The notes beneath the pieces were generated by a model that was not told where the DNA came from, did not search any database, and saw only the letters and a program-made list of their open reading frames with translations. From assembly GCA_024679065.1 (NCBI GenBank), contig JAGIQG010000006.1, positions 83,638,001 through 83,702,000 of the forward strand: a stretch of 64,000 nucleotides of DNA. The letters run 5' to 3'. Each line of letters starts with the position of its first letter. Within the stretch, counting starts at the first letter, position 1. A program made the translations under genes and the position numbers. The DNA is from Sphyrna mokarran. Lineage: Eukaryota. Shown here piece by piece: positions 1-12,739 of the stretch.

Positions 1-172
1 TCCTTGCATTAAGTTGGTCTTTTTCGACACCCTGCCTACGATTGTAACATTACATTCTGCACTCTCTTGTTTGCTTCTTTATGTGCGGAATGCTTTGTCT
101 GGTTGGCAAGCAAGAAACAATACTTTTCACTGCATATTAATACATTTGACAATAATAAATCAAATCAAATCA
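1..172 (+). mobile_element. 3' end of a Rex1/Babar-like LINE
   Basis: caagaaacaatacttttcactg...tgacaataataaatcaaatcaaatc tail, same family as 21205-21625. Confidence 0.6.
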
Positions 173-370
173 ATATCACACTAGCAGTCCCTGTGCAGCC
201 AAGAAATTAAGAGTAGTTTTCTGCACATCAGTGAGGTACTAGATGGCAAAGGCACGGTTTTCCTCCACTATATTTAAACTGGCAGATGGAATATGCAGGC
301 CATTAGTCAGAGTCAACATTCAGTTGATTGCTTGCCACATCTGACTCTCCATTCAGGGGTCACTCTGATA

Positions 371-685
371 TCACGGAATCCCTACAGTGCAGAAGGAGGC
401 CATTTGGCCCATTGAGCTTGCTCTGACAACAATACGCAGGGTCTATCTCTGTAACCCCACATATTTATCCTGTTTGTCCCCCTGACACTAATGGACAATT
501 TAGCATGGCCAATCTACCTAACCCCACATCTTTGGACTGTGGGAAAGAAGTGGAGTAACCAGAGGAAACCCATGCAGACATGGGGAGAACATGCAAATTC
601 CACACTGTAACCCAAGCTGGGAATTGAACCTGTGTCCCTAGAGTTGTGAGGCAGCAGTGCTAATCACTATGCCACTGTGCTGCTC
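371..685 (-). mobile_element. HE1-type tRNA-derived V-SINE, near full length
   Basis: Reverse complement gives the gcagcacagtggcatagtgattagcactgctgcctcac head, the ttggccatgctaaattg core and the cactgtagggattc tail. Confidence 0.85.
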
Positions 686-957
686 TGGGATGAACTTCAA
701 CATGAATGCCAAGGGAATTACGGCATACTTGCTAAATAAAGACTGGCTTTTTCCAAGTTGTGCAGTGCCTCTGGAAATGCTGACAGAATCTCAGATGTTT
801 GTTACTGCTGCTCCAGAATAGTTCACTTCATGGATGACTGCTACAGCGAGACAGGTGAGCATCTATGACCAACTGGACCTGATGTTAGGGTATTCTATGT
901 TTTCCAACAGAGGTTCTCTGCTGTTGTTCCTGACTCTAACAATTGCTCCTGATCACT

Positions 958-1195
958 TATTTAAAAATGAATTCATGGGATGTGGGCATTGCTGGCTAGG
1001 CCAGCATTTATTGCCCACTCCTAATTGCCCTTGAGACAATGATGATGAGCTGCTTTCTTGAACCACTGCAATCCCTGTGGTGTAGGAGAACTCACAGGAT
1101 TTTTAGGAAGGGAATTCTAGGATTTTGGTCCAGTGACAGTGAAGAAGTCAGGATGGTGTGTGGCTTGGAGGAAAACATTCAGGTGATGGTGTATT
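958..1195 (-). mobile_element. LINE 3' end; its tail is shared with SINE family B
   Basis: attcatgggatgtgggcattgctggctaggccagcatttattgccc, homologous to 40228-40450 and 36758-36830. Confidence 0.65.
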
Positions 1196-1645
1196 AAAGT
1201 ATTAAAATTCTGCCAAAGTTTCAGTTTCCTTCAATTCTACTTCTCTGTCTAGATGCTGCCTGACCTGTTAAGTCTTCCCAGCATCATAGAATTTGTTCAG
1301 ATTTTCACTATCTGCAATCTTTATAGTCGTATCACATCAATATCCGTACCCTTAGTGACACATTTGTTCATCTGTAACACGTTCTAAAATGAATAATACT
1401 TGTTTTTACAGAAGAAGCATTTAATCAAGGGGTATTTTTAATGAAGAATTTAAATGGGGCTGAGAACACGTTTTGAGATCTTCGACTGCTATCCGAAGTA
1501 TTTGTAGAATGTGTAGAGTTTTTTTTGTATGTAGATAGGTGCATCACAATGTATTAATGACACACAGCCTTGTCACTGGGAAGGTGCCCAGGGATTATCC
1601 CGAAATTCATCTGCGCAATTGGTGATGCTGTCTGCAAATAAAAGG

Positions 1646-1834
1646 CTGGCATTGGATTGGGGTAGGCACAGTAAGTCGTCGAACAACACCAGGTTAAAGT
1701 TCAACAGGTTTATTTAGAAGCACTTTCAGGGCACTGCTCCTTCATTCACTGACATCACTCACCTGACGAAGCAGCAGTGCTACTAAATAAACTTGTTGGA
1801 TTTTAACCTGGTATTATGAGACTTCTTACTGTGC
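1646..1834. mobile_element. Inverted pair of Penelope-like pLTR fragments (family P1) with decayed hammerhead motifs
   Basis: Arms gcacagtaag...caggttaaagttcaacaggtttatttag / ctaaataaacttgttggattttaacctgg...cttactgtgc; internal cacctgacgaagcagcagtgc. Confidence 0.7.
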
Positions 1835-2445
1835 AAGTAAAAGGTCTGAGACCAGACTTGAAATTGGTATTTTGGGGCTCGTTGGCATTTCTCTGTGTTG
1901 CTGGTCTCTGTCATGTCTCCCATGAGTAGCTCCCATATGTGAAGAGGGTGAATGTCAGGCACTCACCTCAGTGGCAGTGACCTGAATGTGACTGCTGGGA
2001 GTGAGGTTAGAGTGGGCATTGAGGATGATTGCAAGGACAATCAATTCAAGGGAGAGTTCCTCTGGTTCTGTGGGTAACTTTATTAAACTAAAGTTTTTTT
2101 AAAAAAATCTTACAGTTAGCAGCTGCTGAAGAAACTGGAATGATGCCGGTTAAATGTCAGCTCAATTCATTGCTGCCCAGTTTCTGGGAGGGGACCAAAA
2201 ACAGTCTAGAAAGCAATTGTAGCTAGGATCCTATTGCCCAAGTAATTAGTCTTAATGGCCCAACGGTTGAATATCTCAGATAATTACTATGGTGCCTTGC
2301 TATTGCGACAGGAGATGTGAAGCCTTCACACTAGTTGACAGGTTCCTTTATTTACTTATGGAAGGAATTCAATGTCTGTTTTAGATGATTGCCAAGAATG
2401 TCTGAAACATGGCCTGACCTAGGCATTTTATCCAATCCCAAATTA

Positions 2446-2603
2446 TAGAATCCCTACGGTGCAGGAAGAGGCCACTTGGCCCATCAACCCTGCACCAACA
2501 TCAATCCCACCCAGGTCTTATTCGTGTCACCCCACGTATTTACCCCATTAATTCCTTTGACACTGAGGGGAAATTTAGCATGGCCAATCAATCTAACCTG
2601 CAC
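2446..2603 (-). mobile_element. HE1-type SINE, 3' half
   Basis: atagaatccctacggtgcagg...tttagcatggccaatcaatctaacctgcac. Confidence 0.8.
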
Positions 2604-3399
2604 AACCCTCACCTCTCCAGATTTCACTACGAATTCACTGGCAGCTTCCCAGGTGACAACAGGGATATTACAATTGGCCTCAGTGCCCACAGGCTAAAAG
2701 AAGTAGCATATCAGACAGCTTCTGATTGCCAACCTGTGACACCCGTTGGAAACTGTACATGTATGGGCACGCTATGAAAATGGGATTGCTTTCAAGAGGA
2801 GGAATGAAAACTGTGCAATACACAAGTTGGACAGAAAAATGTTTTAAAGTTTGTTTTTAAATGGACCAATTACTTCCTACATTTAAGTTAATGGTGCTTT
2901 ACTAAATATTTTAAGCTGCATTGAGCATATTAAGTGGTCTGGTTTCTAATTTACTCATTTGTATATATGTATTAGGATTTGCTAACATAAATAACTGTAA
3001 ATCTAATTTATACTTCACGAGCATGTTTTGACTTTGGTTCATTGTGCCAGTGACCATGTCAATAAAGTTATAAAGTACGCATTTTACTATATTATATGAC
3101 TGAAAAAAGAGACAAGTCAAAGCTTTTCGACTTGAACAGATGAGGACACTGCCAAATGATCAGTGTCAGGGGAAAACAATAATTTATACAGTATGAGGAG
3201 AGAGTGCCAACCTATTAATACTCTCTTTCCCCTCAGTATAAATTGTTGCTGTTTTCTCTCATATTGGTAAACATGATACAGCATGGGGCAAAAACTGGAA
3301 ATGATACACATGATTGGTAAAGATCGACTTTGAATTATTCCCATTGACAATTTGAGAACTTTATACTAATGATGTTTTTCTTCCTTCCGTTTTATCTAT

Positions 3400-3610
3400 T
3401 AACAAGCAGAATTTATTTGTTTACATTACAACAGTGGCTTCACTTCAAAAATACTTAAAATGGTTGTGAAGAAAAGAAGCATCATTAGCGAAACATTTTT
3501 AACTTGTCAACTGAAATAATTCAGAGTAAGTCCACTTATACCAATTGTATGTAACATTCTTTGGGATATCCTGAGGCTGTGAAAGTCATTGTTAAAATTC
3601 TAAGTCTTAT
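3400..3610 (+). mobile_element. Deu-domain SINE 3' portion, decayed and interrupted
   Basis: tacattacaacagtggcttcacttcaaaaatactt...tttgggatatcctgaggctgtgaaag...aagtctt. Confidence 0.55.
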
Positions 3611-3870
3611 TTTATGTTTAAAATGAATGGTATTCTGTGCAAGAAAGGAAGATAGGCACTTATTTATCTGCTCTCTTACACATGACCAAAAGCACTTTAC
3701 ACACAACAAACTACTTTTGAAGCATCGAGATTAGCAAATGTAGCACTTTATGTACAGCGAACTCAGAAACAAAACTTATCTGAAGAGCTTCTACTATGTC
3801 CTTCACTCTACTTCACAATATCAAATCCAGTAAACTGGGATAAATGAATAGCTGGGAGTTTACCACATAC

Positions 3871-4048
3871 CTAATCTTGGTGATGTGATAGTGTTCACGT
3901 TGACTTTTTCATTGCAGGGTTTTAAGTGGCAAGGCCTATAGGCTGCTGGCTTTTCTGATAGAAAACAATCATTTCCATGTCTTCCCGTCACTCTGTGCAT
4001 ACACTGGATTACTCGTGACTGCATCCCTTTTCCGCAGGAAACAGAACA
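3871..4048 (-). CDS. adamts19: ADAMTS19 penultimate coding exon (about exon 22): [59 protein letters not shown]
   Basis: Translated by hand. Branch point ctctaac, acceptor ctttacctacag|TGT, donor G|gtatgt; 178 nt, phase 0 to 1. Last TSP1 repeat before the PLAC exon, which I did not find in 1-3870 and expect beyond position 1. Confidence 0.96.
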
Positions 4049-4107
4049 CTGTAGGTAAAGACGCAGATGTAGTTAGAGCATAATCCTTTCAGAGCTTATT
4101 TTCAGAT

Positions 4108-4340
4108 AAAAACTAATTACTGCGAATACTGGAATCTGAAACAAAAACAGAAAATGCTGGAAAGTTTCAGCAAGTCTGATAGCATTTGTGGAGGGATTAC
4201 AGAACTAACATTTCGAGTGGACGATGAAGAGTTGTCTGCTCTGACAAAGACTCATCCTGACTTGAAACATTGGCTCCATTCTCTCTCTACAGATGCTACC
4301 AAACCTGCTGAGATTTTCCAACATTTTCTGTTAGTTTATT
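4108..4340. mobile_element. Inverted pair of Penelope-like pLTR fragments (family P2), just upstream of the last exon's acceptor
   Basis: aacagaaaatgctggaaagtttcagcaagtctgatagcatttgt versus acagatgctaccaaacctgctgagattttccaacattttctgtt; decayed core ctgacaaagactcatcctgacttgaaac. Confidence 0.7.
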
Positions 4341-5388
4341 GTGAGGGTCTCTAATCCAACTACTGTCAATGGATTTTCCATTGAAGCCATGGGCTGTGGT
4401 AAGCTGTGATAGGACCAGAGAATCTGCTGGCGTCAATGGCTGGAGAATTCCAGCCACGGTCTTACTTGAATTGGTTACAGTGTAATAAAGCGAACCTCTT
4501 TCTTTGTTAAACTCAAGCAAACGTCCTGTTGGTTCTTTTGTGCTCAGATGCATAAACAGTTAAGTACGCAGTAAATTGCCAAGTATACCCTTTCCAAAAC
4601 AAAAACACTTGCTGCGGTCAAAGAAGGACAGGGAAAAGATGGGAGCCATTCAACCCTTCCTCAGCTGGTTGCTACAGAATTTATCCAGTGGGTCAACAAA
4701 ACCTCTCAGACTACATTTGATCTTCAATTTGTGTTGGGTTGGTTGAAATCAACCATGATATCTGAAAGGATATTCCGGAACTGAAGAGAACAAATTGCTC
4801 AACATTCTTACTCATGGTTATTCTCATGTAAACCAAGTTAAATAGTGCAGAGTTAGTGATCACAGATGAGGGCGAGATTGACCTTTGACTGTTTCTTGAC
4901 CCACAATATGGGAAAATAGCTGACAGCACAATGAGATGGCAGTCAAGAAGAATTTTTTTCATTCGAGATAGGAGTAAATGAATACAATGTGATAAATATC
5001 TAACTGATGAAAGCATGATACAGAAATCTTAATACAAGTACAATGCTGGAGTTGAACATTTTCTGGCAAATTTAAACACAACACAGAATAGCAACCAACT
5101 TCAGATGCTCTCTACCTAATCTTGTTGAGTGGTAAACTTTAGCTAATTGGAACACTATCATGGGCTTCAGCACTCTGGGGCTAGAGAAGGGAAAGAATTG
5201 GATGGGATTAGCATTGCTACCTGTGTACCCCTGCTATAAAACGAGTGTTTGTGAATATGGAATGAAGCCAGATTCACACCAGGATGGACTGCTGTTTGAT
5301 TGCACTGTTTCCTCAGCGCAAATTCAGCAAAAATACTGCAAAAAAATGGAATTCTAAGCAAAATTAACTTTCTGTGACCTTTGCACCA

Positions 5389-5672
5389 AGGCAGCACAGT
5401 GGCACTGCTGCCTCATAGTGTCAGGGACCCAGATTCAATTTCGGCCTTAGATGACTGTGTGGCATTTGCGCATTCTCCCCGTGTCCATGTGAGTTTCCTC
5501 TGAGTGTTCCAGTTTCCTCCCACACTCCAAAGATGTGCAGGCTAGGCCATGTTAAATTGCCTCTGAATGTCAGGGGAATTATCAAGGTAAATATTTGGTG
5601 TCACGCGGAAAGGACCTGGGTGGAATTGTTATTGGTGTAGGCTTGATGGACCAAATACTGTAGAGATTTTAT
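5389..5672 (+). mobile_element. HE1-type SINE
   Basis: ggcagcacagtggcactgctgcctca head; ttctccccgtgtc...tttcctcccacactccaaagatgtgcagg core. Confidence 0.85.
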
Positions 5673-6724
5673 AATTTAAATAAACATCCTGTTCAAAACT
5701 GGATGTTAGCCATACCCCAGATTGAATTAACCAACATTCAGGTGGTGGTATCAATTGTGCTCATTTGCGATTCTGCAAAGAGGGACCGCTTTTGTCTTAA
5801 GAAGAAGGATGAGTGGCATGTTTTTGAAGATTTTGAATGTTTCTTTAAATTGTGAAGTAAGTGACTGCTGTACTTCAATATAACGAGTAAATGATTTTCT
5901 ATAGTATTTTAAAGACATTACCAGGAATTTAACATTGAGTTCCTCAGAAGTTGAACTAGATACTCCGATTAAAATGTCTTTTTTGCATTAGCTCTGTTTC
6001 TGAGCTTGGTGCATTCAAAGTGCACCAAGTTACCACTCTGAAATATATCAAGAAATACTTTTAAAGCAAAAAAGTGCTGATTGCACTTCTATGTAGTAGA
6101 TTTTACACTTGGTGATGCACTAATTAGTTTGTGCAGAAACCATAAGAGAAAGGCATTTTTGAAAAACAACTGCAATTTTGGGGCGTGATTTGCAACCAGA
6201 TTGATGATACATCAAAGTGGAAATTCTACCCCAGACATCAGTGACATTATTTTCCAACATAAGCCGGATTTAGGAGAGAGAGGACAAAAGGGTACAAATG
6301 GAGGCTCAAACTTGTTCAGCTTTGATCAGGAGAATTTTGCCATACAGCAATAGCTGACAGTTATTTGTTAATATTTCAGAGTTCTCATCCAAAGGCACCA
6401 GTAAAATGCAAACTCTCTCATTGCAGACGTCAACAGCTTTGGGTAAACGCTTATGCCAATTTCACTGCATTCACAATCTCAAATATAAAATTAAATTGCA
6501 TTTCACACAGTTATATACTTTGATTTGATCCTGGAAGAAACTCAAAAACAGTTTAAGGAAATTGTCATCTGGGAAAGTATCTCACATTATAAAAATCCTG
6601 TTGTCAGAATTAACAATTAAACAAAATTGTACTTCCATCAATCCAAATTGGGTCATGTTGCGTATACTTCAGCTAATTTGAAATAAACATTGGAAAATGC
6701 CATTCAAATTTGGAACAGTTAATA

Positions 6725-7290
6725 TTGAATAGAATAGAATAGAACATTACAGCACAGAACAGGCCCTTCGGCCTTCGATGTTGCGCCGACCAATATAAAA
6801 AGCAATGCCCCTCCAAACTAAACCATTCCCTTCTCTTCCATATACTTATCAACTAACCTCTTAAACGCCACCAAACTTGGCGCATCTACAACTGCTGCAG
6901 GCAGGGCATTCCACTCCCGAACCACCCTTTGGGTAAAGTTGAGCAAAGTTTTGAAAATGTTCGCAAAATCTTGAGGAATGCGACACCAGCCCATATTTAG
7001 TTATATTTTCTATATGGTTTTTGTCTGAAATGATGTGGAAATGCTGGCGTTGAACTGGGGTAAACACAGTAAGAAGTCTCACAACACCAGATTAAAGTCC
7101 AACAGGTTTATTTAGTAGTAAACACCACTAGCTTTTGGGGCTCTGCCCCTTCATCAGATGAGTGGTCCCTGAACCCTTTTGTATCTCTCCCCTCTCACCT
7201 TAAACCTATGCCCTCTAGTTTTAGAATTCCCCTAACTTTGGGAAAAGATATTGGTTATCTAGCTGTTCTATGCCCCTCATTATTTTCTAG
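6725..7290 (-). mobile_element. CR1/HER1-like LINE 3' end with (TTCTA)n tail, interrupted at about 6940-7165 by DNA containing a Penelope P1 fragment
   Basis: gaatagaatagaatagaacattacagcacagaacaggcccttcgg; resumes at ctctcaccttaaacctatgccctctagtttt. The insert reads ctgatgaaggggcagagccccaaaagcta on the minus strand. Confidence 0.7.
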
Positions 7291-8091
7291 CCCAATCATT
7301 CCTGCCTTCTGAATTTTCCCCTTGTGACACTTGGTATACATGGCCTATATGGCCTATCTCATTCCCAAGAACCAGTCTAACAGGATCTCCTTATTTGTTT
7401 AACTGAAAAACTACAGCTGTAGAAAATCCCAGTCTAGAAACTCTTGCTCCTCTCTTCCCTTTATACTATTATGATCCAAGTCTTTATTCAGATAATTAAA
7501 GTTCCCTATTTTAAATACTTTATCATTCTTGCATTCCTCTGTTACTTCTTTGCATATTTAGTCCTAGACACCCTTCCCACTTGTTGGTGGCCAATAGACA
7601 ACACTGAGCAATATATTTGTACCTTATTTGTTCCTTAGATGTAGCTAATTAGATTCTGTCCTTGGTCCTCTGGATCCCCTGTCTTGCCAGCACTCCAGTG
7701 TTCTCCTTGATCAATACCATCACCCCTCCCCCCTTTCCTATCTTTTCTGAACATCTTACATCCAGGAATATTGTATATAGAATAGTATCCAGAAAACAAA
7801 TTTGGAGAAGACTACAGGGAAGTGCTGCAGGGACTGGGAAGCTGCAGGTCAATCAGATTGGCTGGCATCTCTCTAAGGTCCAAGGGTGGATATTCTACTT
7901 ACGCTCAATCAATGCTCATTTGAGCGTAAGTTGGGTAATGGCAACCTGAGATGTTAGGGGTGTGATCCCCGCCACTCTTTGGATGCCGAGCCCCAGTCAT
8001 CCTGCAAATTTGGTCCAGAAAGTACAACAAATTGGTAAGGAAAGAACCAGGATCTAGACACATGAAGAGACTGGCTGCTATATATATTAAA

Positions 8092-8455
8092 TAAAGGCTT
8101 GCATTTACATAGCATCTTTCCGTGAGCTGAGGATATTGCAAAGCTTTAAACAATCAATAAAGTACTATTAAAGTGAAATTACTGTTCTAAAATCAGAAAC
8201 CCGGCAGCCTATTCTTGTACAGTAAATTCCATAAACAGCAATGTGAAATAATCAGATAATCTGTTCTTATGGTGCTGCCTGAGGGATAAATATTGGCCTG
8301 GACACCAGGGCTAACTCCCTGGCTCTTTAAAATAGTACCATTGGATCTTTCATATCCACCTGAGTAGACATGTGGGGACTCGATTTAACTATTTATTGGG
8401 AAGATTCTACCTTTGACAGTGCAACATCCTCTCAACGCTGCACCGGACTATCAAC
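8092..8455 (-). mobile_element. Deu-domain SINE (SacSINE1/AmnSINE1-like)
   Basis: Reverse complement contains gcactgtcaaaggt...ctcaggtggatatgaaagatccaatggtactatttt...ggtgtccaggccaatatttatccctca...cagattatctg...cacattgctgttt...aaatgcaag. Confidence 0.8.
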
Positions 8456-8552
8456 CAATGAAGTCATTTTGAAGTGAAGTCATTGCTGCAAGTAAGAAAC
8501 ACAGTAGCTATTTTGTGCACAGAAAACAAACAGCACTAAAATAAACAAAGAT

Positions 8553-8975
8553 GGGTGGGACGGTGGCACAGTAGTTAGCACTGCTGCCTCACAGTGTTGC
8601 CGGGTTCAACTCCCGGTTTGGGTCATCGTCTTTGTGGAGTTTGCATATTCTTCCTGTGTCTGTGTGGATTTCCTCCAGGTTCTCCAGTTTTCTCTCATAG
8701 TCCAAAGATGTGCTGGTTAGGTGAAATGGCATACTAAATTCTGGGCTTGGGACACTGTCTGTATGGAGTCTGCACATTCTTCCTCATGTCTGCATGGGTT
8801 TCTTCCGGTGCTCTGGTCTCCTTCCACATTCTGTGCTGGTTTGGTGCATTGGCCATGCTAAATTTGCCCTTGGTGTATTTGAATGGGTACCGGAGCATGG
8901 GAACTAGGGGATTTTCACAGTCATTTCATTGCAGTGTTAATGTAAGCCTACTTGTGACATTAATAAATAAACTAA
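8553..8975 (+). mobile_element. Dimeric or nested HE1-type SINE with an alternative 3' tail
   Basis: Two tandem V-domain cores; ends ttcattgcagtgttaatgtaagcctacttgtgacattaataaataaact. Confidence 0.8.
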
Positions 8976-9000
8976 ACAAAAAATTCATAAATACATAAAT

Positions 9001-9665
9001 GGCCAGAATTTTGAGTTGCTCGGGCGGGTGTTTACCTGGACCAGGAAGAGTTTCGAATGGCACAAAGAGATGTCAGGCACGCATCCCGGCATAACCATGC
9101 GCTTGTGGAATATTTCTGTCGGTGGGCTTGTGCGATAGTCAGAAGCAGGCCTGATGACAGTCAAGAATGCGACTTAGCCAATTAAATGCAATTTTACATG
9201 GCCCCTCAGCTTTTATGGTTGGCAGGCTGGCTGATCAGTCAGGCAGCCTTTATGTTTTAATTTCCCTTGATCCAGGGCGGGTTGAAATAAAATTTTAAGC
9301 TGTGTCTGGTTACTGAGGTTTGTATTTGAATTTGAATGGCTGCCTCGCCACTTTCTGTGCAGTTTTTCTATCGCAATTTATTTCTTACAGGTCTGCGAGT
9401 TCCTGAGGAAGTGCCACAGCTGCTGTCCTTAAGGAAGCACATTAGAAGTGCCAACGCACACCCCCTTTACTCAGCACTCATGGACTTCCTGCCCTCCCCA
9501 CCAATGCTGTACCTTTCCCAGCATGCATTTCATGCTGGCTGTCCATTAATTGGCCAACCAGTGAGAAATCATGTTCTGGGGCCAATTATGACCGGAACCA
9601 AGTTTTGCATCTTCTCCCAGGCCCAGCAAGTGCACATGCTTGACAGACAAAAAGATTTAGGACCC
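9001..9665. mobile_element. Non-autonomous Harbinger-like DNA transposon
   Basis: Degenerate TIRs ggccagaatttt / aaagatttaggaccc; GC-richer interior. Confidence 0.5.
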
Positions 9666-11509
9666 GTGGAATACTTACTGATGTCTTTTTAAAAATTACA
9701 TTCCAAAATGCTGTTCATTTCTGTGGATTCATGAAAGATTATGCATTCAGAGATATGGAACTGAGTTTGCATAGGAACATATTAAAACTAGCACAATTTT
9801 GAGTGCAATTTGTGTCTAGACACCTTAACTTTACTTAACAGCCCAAGTAACAATTGTTGTCAATCAACATTGCAAAATGCAGAAAGTAGTGCCTTATGTC
9901 TCTGAGATTTCCAAAAACATCTTTACTGCTACATGTAAGATGGTTCATTCTAGATCTGCTTTTGGATGCATTTTCTTCCCTCTATTTCCCAACTCTCCTG
10001 GAGGCACTGACTTCTGCTCGGATACAATTCCAGAGGGTAATGGCAACCCTGCGTCAGGCTATTTAATTGTGTGGGATGTTAGGGAGTTGGGATTCTGGCT
10101 CAGTCTGATCCTATCCTCATTTATCATTCAAATATTCACACTTATTCAGCTGGGTTTCATAAAGCGATTTGATCTTGAAACACAAATAAAGGAAATATCA
10201 AGGGATGTGAAAGTATGACCTCTGTTGCACTTTTACACAAGGTTAAAATGATCCCCATGGACTTGGGAGTCTAAGGATATGCCTTAAAAATATCAATGCT
10301 ATGATTCTGATGGCAGGAACTTCTCTCAGACACAAGTACTACATGTAATTCTTTTGGCAAAAGTGAATTTCTGGACATAACATATTATCCATAAGGCAGC
10401 AGCTGTGGAAAAGAGGGTACTGAGCTGAGAGCGTTGCTCCAGCTGGCCCCAGTGACTGTGAAGGGCTTCCTGACAGCTAAGAATTGTCATCACAACATCC
10501 TTTGGGTCAGAAAGCATGCAAGAATGGAAAATGTGCAATCCAAGGGGCTGCTCGGCCAAAGTGTAATGAGACGCCAGTATCTTCCCCAAAGAATGAGATA
10601 ATGTACTGACCAGAACAACTGGTTTAGTTGCAGAAAGCTTGTAATACATCTCTGCAACAACCAAAAACTGATCGGTATTCTCATATGAGCATTACATGAT
10701 TCACCAGTCCTATGCAATGTTTCAAAAAAAGGTAGCCGTTCAAATTGTTTTGATTGGAAACTCTAGTATGCTAATGAGACTGAAGGAATAATATTTACAA
10801 TAGGCTGTTTGATTTTTCCTGATGTTGAATATGGAAGTCATGATCAAGTATAGTCTTCAAATGATGTAGCATTCAAGGGTGTGGGAAAATACACATGCAA
10901 TTTAATCTCCAGTTCAACAAATGAAAGAGCTGCAACCTCCTATTAATGACTCTAGTGTTTGAATTTCCAGGACAGAGTATTCCCAGGACTCCAGTACTGA
11001 AACCTCCCAATTTTACAATTAACTCTGCTGGATTGAGGTTTCTCATGTCTCCAAGCCTCTGATGGAGAATTGAGAGATTACAAATGATGTCTTTAACAAT
11101 TGTACCGCAATTTAATTTTAAAGTGGTTTTATTAGAACTGCGATCATTTCAGTTTCTGGAATATTTTCCTATTTCTGTATTTATAAGTTGCAAAGTCCAC
11201 TTTTATAATAGAAAGAGTCACAGTAAATCTGTAAATCAGTTATCTATGTACTTCTGCCTGCAACGATGTGCAGATCTCCACTGGGAGAATATATCAATGC
11301 AGGTTATTAAATTTAAGCAGGCAATTTTCATTATAAATTGGAAATAAGTGGCAGTAATTTTTGTGAGGGCTCCTTGATTTTCACTGTAACCATGTGGAAA
11401 ATTCAAAGGAATGTAAGCAACTGTTTATGTCACTTCTCAGAGGTTCTTGCTGCATCTCAATCAAAGTCATAGCAGAGATTCTACCCCAGAGGGAAAGTTT
11501 TAAATACAA

Positions 11510-11830
11510 TATAAAATAGCATTTATACAGACCAGGAGACATTTTCAGTGTTTCAGACAGAATAAATTATTTTGAAAATTAAGAGATTCCTTTAAGCACG
11601 GCAGTCGTTCTGTGTAGTATGTCACACAAATAGCAACGAAAGATAAATTTATTAATTTACAGTGTGGGTTATGAAAGAGACATTATCTTAAACACCAGGG
11701 GGAGCTCCTGGTTTTTCTTTTCTTTGTGCAGTCGGATGTTTAGCATCCACCGAATCAGCTAGACAGAAACTTTATCATTTTTACTGAAGGATGTCATCAC
11801 TGGCAGTGCAGCATACTTGCAGTCCTACAC
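11510..11830 (-). mobile_element. Deu-domain SINE, decayed
   Basis: Collinear with 8092-8455 (acaccaggggga gctcctgg...catccac...ggatgtcatcactggcagtgcagcat). Confidence 0.6.
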
Positions 11831-12004
11831 ATTTTTTTTGTGTGTGTTCATATCATTCACTTGTAATGCGAGCTTCAACTAACCATCTTCTGAACAAGAG
11901 GCAAGTGATGCAATCTGAGCCAAGCAAACACAGAGTTATTTGGAGGAGGAACATTTTTTTGCTCCAAATCGGCTAACTGTGGAGGTATTACTGAAAAGGG
12001 AGGC

Positions 12005-12390
12005 ATGCCGCTGAGACTTTTCATCTTGCATCCATCAAGATAAATGCAAGAATGCCAAATTTCAAATAATTACAACAATTTTTAAAAAGAAAAGGGGATG
12101 CTGATTGGTTGGCACGTTGACTGTGACTGAGATGTTGCCATGGAGAAAGCAACAGGGATATATAGACTCCTTAAGGTTCCAGCTAATTCAATTAAAGGTA
12201 CAAGACTTGAGCATATTCCCTTGTTTGCAGAGAATAGGACCCTGTGTGTAAATGCATGGTGTTTCTAGAAAGTTTAAATGAGCCACATTATGGGCTTGAT
12301 TTAAACTGGTTGTTAGCGTAGCTATTAACTCACTTAGGATTGTTCAGCTAGTGCTACATAAGTACGGCATTACATCTAACCATATTTGGC
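12005..12390 (-). mobile_element. Penelope-like element: C-terminal remnant of the GIY-YIG endonuclease plus 3' pLTR
   Basis: Minus strand gives a decayed H*LNNPK*VNSYANNQFKI..HNVAHLNFLET..YTQGPILCKQ, typical of the Penelope ORF end. Confidence 0.6.
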
Positions 12391-12739
12391 CAATTGTCCT
12401 AAAATAAGTCTTTTTATTGTATGTGTTATAGTCTGAAATAAGTTTAAATGATAGGAACCTTATTTTATTCAATTTCAATATCAATAGCATTTAGGATGAG
12501 ATTTAGAGGCAACTCTGTTAACAATTGAAAATAACTGTTAAGATAGTTATATCCATTAAAATATGGAATTATGGTAAAATGATAAACTTTTATTTACTTG
12601 AATATGATTATAAATAATTTTTAAATGCAGTGTATGATACATATGATTATTGTTTCCTGCATTTACTAGATCTAGACTTATTTCTGTTAAATCAGCTTAG
12701 TGTTTACCTGATTAGTGTTTCTGGCACAAAGCTAATTTC

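Noticed and set aside
7128-7162. Additional active hammerheads (also about 1760, 4240, 12020 and 56638)
   Set aside because: Core nucleotides are mutated or deleted (for example GAAA>AAAA, CUGACAA, missing GAAA).
10326-10717. 112-aa ORF in non-repeat sequence
   Set aside because: No similarity to any protein I recognise in any frame and no convincing splice sites; a BLASTX search would settle it.
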